Part shown: one piece after another, positions 54,424 to 64,000 of the stretch
Layout: every line of letters starts with the position of its first letter
Position numbering within the stretch: the stretch's first letter is position 1
Source: Podarcis cretensis
Lineage: Eukaryota
Length of the DNA stretch: 64,000 nt
Assembly: GCA_951804945.1 (NCBI GenBank)
Contig: OX638151.1
Location: forward strand, 69,006,001-69,070,000
Direction: 5' to 3'
The notes under the pieces: generated by a model
What the model saw: only the letters and a program-made list of their open reading frames with translations
Database searches by the model: none
Told to the model about the DNA's origin: nothing
Made by a program: the position numbers and the translations under genes

Positions 54424-56126
54424 AATCAAATTACTCCATGGGAACTGATGTAGAGCCCCATGGAGAGACGTGCAATGTTCTTACTGCTGATGTTGCTAAA
54501 GGTGCTGCAGCTGTATTTCTAGGAAAACTCTGAGGCTGCAGTCTTGTGATAAGTTAGGCTGCTTACTTACCACCAAGGGTCAAACCAGATACAGTTGCTG
54601 GTCCTGGGACATATGCCAGATAGCCTAGATTGGCCATGGCTGCCTGTTAAGTGTTTATTCAGTGAGGTGGCCCAAGGGCAATTGATATCATACAATAGGC
54701 AGTCATTGTTTTAAGATCACAGCCTTCAACTTAAGCTCTCTGGATGTGATAAACATAGTTCTTGTCAACTGCAAGCCATTCCTGTCAAAAACAGATCCGT
54801 TTTGGTTAATGCATTCATCATAGTGTTCCCACCATGAAGGTTTCCCTGCTTAATAGATAGGTTGCTTGTTTACCATGTTATTAGAATGATGAATGCTTCT
54901 ATAATGTAACCAAGCATAATGCTCTAGCCTGCAAAGAACACCATTGTCATAATTTAAATAAGGAAAAGAAAAATTAAACCAAATAAGAATCTCTTAACTG
55001 AGCATTAAGTGGTCTAGAATACACTACAGCCTCACATTGTTTAAACATTAGCTTGCAGTGGAAATCAATGATAGCAGACATGCATATGGTGTCTCAACAG
55101 AGTATCTGAATTACACAAAGACAGTACAGGCAGAATGTATTTTAATTCCTCTTTCCCCAAAAATTATCTGAAGGTTTTCTCTGAATGGTATGGAGGTGAT
55201 TTAAAACAAACAAGTCATTCTACTGTCTTGAAACTGAAGATTTTCAATAGAAACACAATCTGTCGCAGCATTAAGCCTGATCTTAGGCATCTTAAATATC
55301 CAATAATTAATTCCAATATATTTCTTCAGAGCCCTTAAGAGTTCAGTAGTAACGTTTTGGTTTTTTTGCGAGAAAGAGATCTTGTCATTCCTGTTCAAGT
55401 GGCATATTAAATTCTGATGACAGAGATCTGTATAGTTGTAGGGTACATTCTTGTCTTGATGTACGGTGAAAATACACAAGCATATCAGCACACATCAAAG
55501 ATGAATATATACCCCTAAACTACAGCTGACTGTGTTCAGTCCACTTTAGGGACTGTTTGGTCTTTTGAGGTAAAAATGTATTTTCTGTCTAATATGGCAC
55601 ATGTTTCATCTACACAATTACATCACAAAACAAAAGATGGCCTTAGCATGGTATTGTACTACACCGTACTTATAACAATTAAATCTTGCTCAAAGTAGGA
55701 TGCAGTACTTAATCTTTTACTATGTTAACGATGACATTGTCTTAATATACAATCTATAATAAACTCTAAGCACACCAAATAGGTATGTTTTTATAAATCC
55801 TTGATTACATATACTTATCTACCAATGACACTTTATATGTAGAGAGTGGTAAAAATATATAGATATGTATTCAGACTTCAGTTTTGTAAGGTTTAGAAAT
55901 GCATCAATCTGCTGCTGCTGAGTATTATGGGTAGAATGCTGAGCATTACTACAAATGATCCAGTCAAGGAGGCAAGTTCTCAAATGGGGACCAGATAAGA
56001 GGCAGACCCACCTTATGCTCAGGACCCAAATGGGTCTCAAAACCCCAAACTTAGTATTAAAAGATTAAAAACTAGTTGTCTTATATGCCAAAGAAAGGTG
56101 CTTGGCTCCCTGTGTCTATACCTTCT

Positions 56127-56165
<39 letters not shown>

Positions 56166-56762
56166 CTTTCTAGTCTCCATCATGAATCTCAGCAATGTCT
56201 GTGAAATACAATCTGATTGACAGGTAACATCACACCAGTTACAACGATGTCTACAGGACCCTATATCTTCTCGTTTAAAGAAAAAATGTTTGAACAGAAT
56301 AAAGCAGTCCATATGAAAGGTGTAATATGGCTTTGTATAAAAAGGATGAATGTTACTTAGGTCTGATTTCTTTCTTTTTTCTCAGAGTGCTTTTCGTTCT
56401 TTTACAGTGCATTCAACTGGCATATTTTAATAGCCACTCTTTTTTCCCCTTTCCTGTACTACATCCCTACCATTACTTACAAATTCTGAGAGAAGGAATA
56501 GACTCTATTTACAAACAGGTTGGCACTTAACAGAATATATTATTGATATTTGCTCCTTTTCATCTTCTTCCTTTCCACCCTGTTTTCCAGCCCAGGGCTC
56601 GCATGTTCCAGGCTGACTGGCAAAACCTGCTGCCTCATTATGTTATGCTACATTAACATGAAAAATAGGATTCCGGCTGGTACACATTCTCCTCCCAATG
56701 GTTTGCTTGTTGCCGAAAGGCAATACCTTCCACCCCAATTCATGTTTGATGCTCAGACATTG

Positions 56763-56850
56763 TTAGTCAAGAGAAAGCAAGGGCTGCATGTTTTCTTCTT
56801 CGTTTTTATCCATGCGCTTTAACACTCCAGGGTCCGCAACTGACTGAGAC
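56763..56850 (-). CDS. CLVS2: Clavesin-2 last coding exon (R-SQSVADPGVLKRMDKNEEENMQPLLSLD*)
   Basis: tttttttccacAG acceptor; phase 2 joins the previous exon (CG+G=Arg); C-terminus EEENMQPLLSLD matches CLVS2; stop TAA. Confidence 0.97.
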
Positions 56851-59699
56851 CTGTGGAAAAAAGTATTTTTTTATTAAAGAAAAGCCTGATATTAAGACAA
56901 ATGAAAGTAGACTTCACTTATTTATTTATTTTTTAAAAGCTAGCCAGTATCCAGAAAATCGCTTGGGAAATATGGTGTGATACCTACAACCAGTGTATAT
57001 TTAATATTTAAAGATGTACACCTCTCCTCCACACACTATATCAGGGGTGGGGAACTTATGGCACTCCAAATGTTGTTGGAAATCAACGCCCATCAGACCC
57101 TGCCAGCATGGCCAATAATAATAAAATTGTCATTATTAAGTCACAGATGATGGCAGCTACAGTCCAACAACGCCTAAAGGGCTACAGCTTCTCCATACTT
57201 CCCCTAAAGAAAGCTGGTAAACTTTTCTCAGGACAGATTCAAACTGTATTTTTTTGAGGTTTGTCACCCCAGAATGCTACCCTGAGATACAAATTCTGTC
57301 TACGCTAACAGATAAATCACTTTCAATCATTATTTTACACTAACAAAGAATACATTTTTTTGGTCATCCATGTGCCATTCTCTTGATGAAACTGATCCAC
57401 TCACCAAAGAGAACAACACTGAATTCTTTATATCAGGGATCACCAAGGTGGTGCCCTCCAGATGTTGTGGACTACAATTCCCATCAACCCCAGTTAGAAT
57501 GGCCAATGGGCGAAGATTCTAGGGCTTGGAGTCCAGCAATATTTGGAGAGCACTCTGTTGGGTACCCTCAAGTTTACATGATCACTTACTCCATGATGAA
57601 AACATATAGAAGTTAAGGGCTTCTGATCTTGCACAAATCAATGAACCTCTTTTAATTCACTTCAACATCCAATTTACTCATTTTAGATAGTGTGAGAAAC
57701 ATTAGTTATACAAATGGAATTGAATTCATTGGTGGGTGCAAGCAGAAGGCATCTTGAGCAACCAACCTTTCTCTTCCTCTGCAGCCCCCTGTACCCACAA
57801 AGCCCCTCCAGCAGGTCAGTGGGCTCCTGTGTGGTCTGGAGCTGCACCAGGAGGGGACATCACCCAAAACTGGGCAAAAGTATCATGTTCAAGGTGGGGC
57901 AAAAGCATCTCTACCAAATAGCCAGCAGTCTGCCCTCCAGCAGAGAAGAGCCAGTGTTCCGAGTAAGTAATTCCGAGCACATTTGAGCTAAAGTCCCTTC
58001 CAGTCTTTTGTGTTTCAAAAGGCCTTATTCCTGAACACAGTGCACAGATGTCTATAGCGGCATGTGTCCTGAGCAAGTACAGAGACATCAACTTAATTCA
58101 CAGGAAGGGAGCTACCTAGTAGAAGTGAAACTGCTATGGATCAAAGAGGACAAACCGCCCTGATATCTTGTGATGAAGGACGGTATATAAATCTGAGAAA
58201 TAATAAAAATAAAACTCTGACTGTAGAAATATCAGATTAAAAAGCACACACACACCTGAATTCAATGAATCTTACAAAAAAAATAGGTTTACTAGCTATT
58301 ACTGAAGTCAAGCAAGGATTTCCATGCATTTGTGCTAGCAGTAAGGTAAAAACGTCCTGTTGCTGAGGAAAGGGGATTAGATTTCATACAAAGTCTTGCC
58401 AGCTGCAAGCTGCTGGCAGTGGAATATTTCCAACACACCATCTGGCTAATAATGCTCTGAAACTGGCATCACATGCTACCTAGAGGCCCTACTTGGCCTT
58501 TTCAAGAGGAGCATTAGCAGACACCCAAAACAGTATTTACCCCAAAGCCATGGAGCAGAATGATTCTTGGCTGAAGCAATACATGCGCCAGCTTCTTGAG
58601 ATTAACTTGACCACTAGCCGAGGTGCAACAGAAAAGCTTAATCTACTTGACTAATGAAACAAATTGTTTGTATCCATCTCTGGTGGATGGCTTGGAAATG
58701 CCCAAGGAGGATATTAAAAACATGAGTGGGTGGATGAGCTCAGGCTGTGGCTTAGGAAGAAAGGATTCAAACAGATACTTTGGGATAGTGACACATGGCA
58801 CCCCTTGCACTTGAATTTAAATGGACGGGCAACCAGCCTGCACTAATATTTCTGACAACGCAAAGGGAAATATGTTACCCTATTATCACTGAGCAAGGAC
58901 AGTTTCCTTCAGCAAAGCTGGTCAACTAGCAAAGAACAAAGCTTCAGAGTTCATGCAGCTACATTTCATTAACATTTTTTTCATCCGAAAGAAACTGCAG
59001 TCACTGAAAATGCAATGCTGTTTTTTCTCTAAAGTCCTCCCTTCAAATGTAATTTAATATTTGTTACTGATGTTGTAGAATTGGATGGCTTCAGATCTCA
59101 GCATAATAATGTAGTCACATATGTGGTTCCTAACAATACTGTCTAACCTGTTATTGAGAGGTTATTTCTCTGGTTCCTAAATTTCTGAACTCTGTAGCAC
59201 ACAGCGTGGCTTGCACAGGTGTATGAGCAATGTCTGATAAGTTGGGCATATCTCATTGGGCTTGCTTTGCTGCATTCGTGTTTCAATTCTATAGCTTTTG
59301 TTCTTCCAGCATAATGCCTGAAGGGGGAATTCACTTGGCTCCCTCATGATAATATCTGATATCTGTGTCCCAATGGGTTGTCCTCCACATCTGGAATCAC
59401 ACAACACTCCACAGGGCTGGTATGAAAGTGCCATGACTTGCAATAACTTCACACCATCCTGCCTGCTCCCTTAGATCAGAAGGAGAGGCCATCCTCTGTG
59501 TCCTGCTAAGTGTGGAAGCACAGCTGCATGGGACAAAAGAGAGGAATTTCTTAGTGGTGAGCAGCTGGAGCATGAAATGTGGATGGAGAGAATTCTGACT
59601 GGCTGTCAGACTACCAGGTAGTACAAGCAAAGGGAAGGGGGGAAGGGAACTAATTCCATCCACCCACCCAGTTCAGTGGCAGCTCTAGCAGCCTGGACA

Positions 59700-60290
59700 C
59701 TGATGAGCTGTGGCTACTGGGAAGAGAGATGAGGTGTGTCCGCTGCCAGTTCCTGGACAGCCCACCTATAGATCTGTAATAGGATATCACTGCTTTTGTC
59801 TGTTGCTGGGATTGAGATTGCTTGTGAGGAGGCTTATCCCAATCTCTTGCTGAGAGCTTGACTTCAGGGAACAGTAGAAGGGCTGCTGCCCACAAACACA
59901 CCCCTTTGTGATCAGTGTGTAGGAGACAAGGCGTTTGCTGCAGTATGGTTCTGTTTGTAGGTATTTCTATTGAATCAATGTCCTCTTGTTTGCTGGGATT
60001 TGTATTTCAATCAGTAGAGTAAATGATTATTGAGGCAGTATGTGCAGAGGGGTGAGGGTGAATGTTTAGCCTGTGTTTTAGCTGCTGTTTTATAATTGTT
60101 TTCTAATTACCTATGATCATGTGATTGTTGATTTGTTAATGGTATTATATGCCTTGGTGGGGTCAGCTCTAAATTGCCCAGACATTGTAATTGTAGCCTA
60201 CAGCTGTGGCTGTTCTTTATTGTTGGTAAGCCACGTTGGGACTCCTTTGAATGGAAGGTGGCATAGAAATACATAGTCAATCAAATCAAT
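59700..60290 (+). mobile_element. Old L2-like 3' fragment in the last CLVS2 intron
   Basis: VGDKAFAA-like remnant, T-rich UTR and tail gtaagccacgttgggac...ggtggcatagaaata; boundaries approximate. Confidence 0.4.
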
Positions 60291-60552
60291 GAAGTGCATT
60301 TGGTCCCTCTCCATCACTACTTTCTGTTCTGGCAGGCTTTTATTATATGAGACAGACAATATTTTTACGATCTTTTTAAACTGCTGACCCTCTCTCTTTG
60401 TATTTTACATCATTAATGAAAATGTAATGTTCTATGTTGCAAGCTGCCTTGAGCGGAGTTTTCATTTTCCACTTCAAAATGCATTAATACAAAACAATGA
60501 ATGTTACTGCATCAATATGCATTACAGTTTAATGGAATGGCTAAATTACATA

Positions 60553-60720
60553 GGGGAAGCACCACAGCTCATGCTTTGTATCAAAAATCTCAGATAAAAT
60601 TCCTGATATATCCAAGTAGATAAAGAATACTGCTTGAAAACCTGCTGCCAGACAGTGTCAACAGTGATGAGCTAAATGGACCAACACTATGACTGAGTCA
60701 TGGCAGCTTCCTATGTTCCT
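60553..60720 (+). mobile_element. Degraded squamate tRNA-derived SINE
   Basis: Tail gagctaaatggaccaa...tgactgagtcatggcagcttcctatgttcct. Confidence 0.55.
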
Positions 60721-60908
60721 AGGAAATAATATGCTACTGTCCTGGCCCTCAGCAGAAGTCATTTAGTCTAGAAAATCAACTACATGAGAGATAGCTACTG
60801 ACATGCCCTTTAGAACTTTGTGGACTCCGACTCCCATCAGCCCCATCCAAGCATCGTCAATGGTCAATGTCTACACCCTTCTTTTCTGTTTCAACAGGCC
60901 TAACTTAC

Positions 60909-61129
60909 CGCTTCATGGATTTGGGAGACAGGTCCTTTTCGACTTCTTTTGCAGAAGTGTTGTATGAGTCCACACTGTATTCACTGTCGTCGTCGTATTC
61001 GTGATCCAGCAGCGTTCTTGCCCACGTGCCCATATCGTAAGGCGGCAGCATTCCACCAAATTCAGAAGGCAGAATCTCAGGGTGGATTAGCTGGTGCAGG
61101 CTGTTGAGGTTATTTCCATGGAGAAATAT
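60909..61129 (-). CDS. CLVS2: Clavesin-2 penultimate coding exon, 221 nt ([74 protein letters not shown])
   Basis: Manual translation of the - strand is near-identical to the recalled human CLVS2 CRAL-TRIO C-terminus; ttttaacAG acceptor, cg|GTaagt donor. Confidence 0.97.
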
Positions 61130-62649
61130 CTGTTAAAAGGATGAATCAAAGACATTACAAGCCAGCACCTTCAGCGGATATCAGTCCTTCCTGACACAAG
61201 GCAAATCCATGCAAGGTTTTCAAAAAGCAGCTATGCTGGGAATGTCTGATGTTTAACAAGGAAAAGTAAAAAAAAAAAAAAAAATCCCACTAGTGCACGC
61301 ATCTCATTCTATGGATCCTAGCTAATAAATGTATGTGTGTAATGTGTATGTATATGTTCTGCTAAACTCTAAGGAATGTTGCATTTTAGGACCACTTAAA
61401 GGTTTCTAATTTATTAGAAATCATAAGTACTGGATTGTACCCAGTGCGATTAGAAGTTCACGTACCTCTTCCCCAATGTAGCCTCTTGTGCCCACTGAAA
61501 AGCTTCTCCAAGGGCAGGCATTCTCAAGTATGGCCTGAGGTATGGGGCAGGAGGGTACAAAAGGGAAGGAGGATTGCCAAAATTAGGTTGAAGTAGCTAG
61601 TGCAAGCAAATGGTTGCAAAAATACTTCTTGGTACAAGTGGACTTCCATTCACACAGCACTGGATACAAACCCGCTGGGCAGAATTTTAAAATTCGGACC
61701 ACTTCCAGTGCATCTCATGCCGGAATAAGTTTCATGCAGCTGATACTTTGTAGCAGAAGCTGAAGGGAGAATGCAAATATATCCGGCAAGATGGCTTTTC
61801 AGTGTGTGTGTGTGTGTGTGTGTGTGTGTTTATATTAAAAGAATAGGCAATCAAAGGTTCATAAGTGCCCCCAAATATCCCCAAGCATATTTTCCAGACT
61901 AAAAAATAAAAAATCTGACATATGACCGAGAAACACTACAGTCTTTTTGGAGAGAAAAACCCAGAATGAGTTGGATAACACAGCATCTCTGCTTCTCAGA
62001 AATCTAAGATAAACCACAGCACCCTGCCAGGGTCTTTTTAAATATCCTACTGAGTGGGATCTGTGATGTGTGTCATGGAATTTATTTCTTCTTCCTTCAT
62101 CAAATTCCACTTGCTCTGACTACAGCAGGACACCGCATTTTGCTTCTAGATAGTTAGTAGCTGCCATCTAGCTAGCCTTTGCATGTACCCTCAAGGGCTC
62201 CAGTATGTACAGTGGAACTTTCTTTTCTTTCACTTCAAAGAATAGTGCTACTTAGCATGTCACTTCAAGCTGCTTTTGAATTTCCTATGGATTTCAAAGG
62301 CAGCGTATGAATGTGGTGCAAGAGTTGTTCTTGGGGAAAGGATGGGAAAAAGCCCTAACACATACAGTATGAGTGGGTTTTCCTGCTGGTGTACTTTCCT
62401 GGAGTTTGATTAGTGTCCACATCAAACAAATTGGTACACTGGACTGATGAAAATGGGCAATGAAAACACAGAGTGCTGCAGTAATCAATGCCCCAGAGTC
62501 CATTTCTCTTTTAAGCCAGCAAGTCAGATTTCCATTTATGACTCTTGTGAAAATGTACATCACCATATGTTAAAACACAGGTGTCGTATTTTTGTCTAAT
62601 GTTAAGTTAACATGAGCCATTAAAGACTTTATAACTTTGACTAGTCAAC

Positions 62650-62731
62650 ATAGTATTCTGTACCAGCTGATACTTCTGAATATCACCTGCAGAGATGATA
62701 TTCAGAAGTATCAGCTGGTACAAAATACTAT
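62650..62731 (-). other. Near-perfect inverted repeat (36-bp arms, 10-nt spacer) in a CLVS2 intron
   Basis: 62650-62685 is the reverse complement of 62696-62731 at 35 of 36 positions. Confidence 0.95.
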
Positions 62732-64000
62732 AGTCCAGTTATTGATGGGGTGCTTCCTGGGAGTATTTTACTCCAATGCTTCACATGTTGGCTACTTATA
62801 GCATTATGCACCTCAGTAAAAGTAATAGGTTAGGAACCTGCACCCAACATAACCAAGATTTGTGAAAATGTACCTCCCCATAAATTAAAACACAGGCAAT
62901 TTGATTATGTCCCATTTCATGACAGCTTCTTTATTAACTTACACACAGCATTTTTAAACTATGCTTACTGCATTAGGTTCAGAACATTTTAAAGCACTGT
63001 AAAACTTATAAAATCAGGGCTAGGCTTTGATTGATCGAGGAACAGTGTTTGAAGATGAATTTATTTAGTCTCTGTTATCATCTGGATGCTAAAGTCTATT
63101 GGTATCAATGTTTTATCTCTTACATAAAACATATTTACAATTGTTCTTACTCTTTAAAAAATATGATTACTGTATTATGATTTTGCAAAGCTTCCTAATA
63201 ACTTGGAAGTTAAAACTCTTAATAGAACAACAGAAACCATTCCCCATTGGCACATTGCATGATGAAACAAACATAGTTTTAGAATGAGTAAATGTGTTTC
63301 ATAAGGAATTTATTTCAATGCTACGGGCACTGCCTCTGCTGCTTGTGTTGCTTGCCAATCAAAGTGATCAATCTAGAAACAAAGAACAATTTTGCAAAAC
63401 CATGCAAACAAACAAGAGAAAAATACCCTTTTCCTTGTCTTTTCTTTCAAAAATGGCCGTATAACTGTATAGAGGGCATGGATGTACCATGGTTGATTTA
63501 CAAAATGAATTCCTCCAAAGCGAGCTGGAAAACTGTCCTAGGATATAATACATATAAAAGATGGTTAGTGGCCTTGTTTTATTCATCACAGTTGCAATTT
63601 GCTTCCTTCTCATCACAAAGTGCACCCTCACACAACCTTGCACAGTAGGTTTGGCTGAGATTTTGGCTAGCGCAATCATGCTTGAATGCGAATCTGAATC
63701 CAGACCTTCTCACTCCAAATCCAATATTCTATTGGCAATTATCACACCTAAGTCATTTCATGCATGGCATTTGAATTCTCTGTCCTAAAATGTAGCCACA
63801 TTATTTTAAAAATAAAAGGCAAAGAACAAAAGTAAGGTAATATTTAAAGAATGGAATTCCAATTTTTCATTTCAGGATAGCAATAACCAAGATGCCCAGT
63901 TTCCTGTCAGTAGCTCTCTCTCAATCTTTCAGATAAAGAGATGGCAATTTTGCCTGCTAGGTAGCAGTTGAAATATATTCATTCTAGTTACAAGATTTGC

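Noticed and set aside
51195-54453. Many antisense and alternate-frame ORFs over the BovB
   Set aside because: Shadow frames of the LINE coding sequence

Overview
AT-rich vertebrate genomic DNA. The repeat content (Sauria SINE, BovB, CR1, L2, CAGTGGTACCT MITEs) points to a squamate, probably a lacertid lizard. Two genes converge tail-to-tail, and the ORF track mostly misses both. On the + strand is the 3' end of triadin (TRDN): seven symmetric phase-1 micro-exons of 21-45 nt at 456-13068 and a terminal exon at 13833-13978. On the - strand are the last two coding exons of clavesin-2 (CLVS2), at 61129-60909 and 56850-56763. The rest is intron, UTR or intergenic DNA rich in transposons: a full-length 3.2-kb BovB LINE with an 11-bp TSD and only three ORF lesions, a young 5'-truncated L1 with an 18-bp TSD, a solo LTR, CR1/L2/RTE fragments, several MITE families and tRNA-derived SINEs. 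I see no wholly new multi-gene system. The best leads are a probable ~10.6-kb CLVS2 3' UTR carrying an antisense BovB, a pre-miRNA-like hairpin in a CLVS2 intron that pairs fully only on the transcribed strand, and the TRDN micro-exon array with QKI/RBFOX motifs. Gene and family names come from my recall of known sequences, not from database searches.
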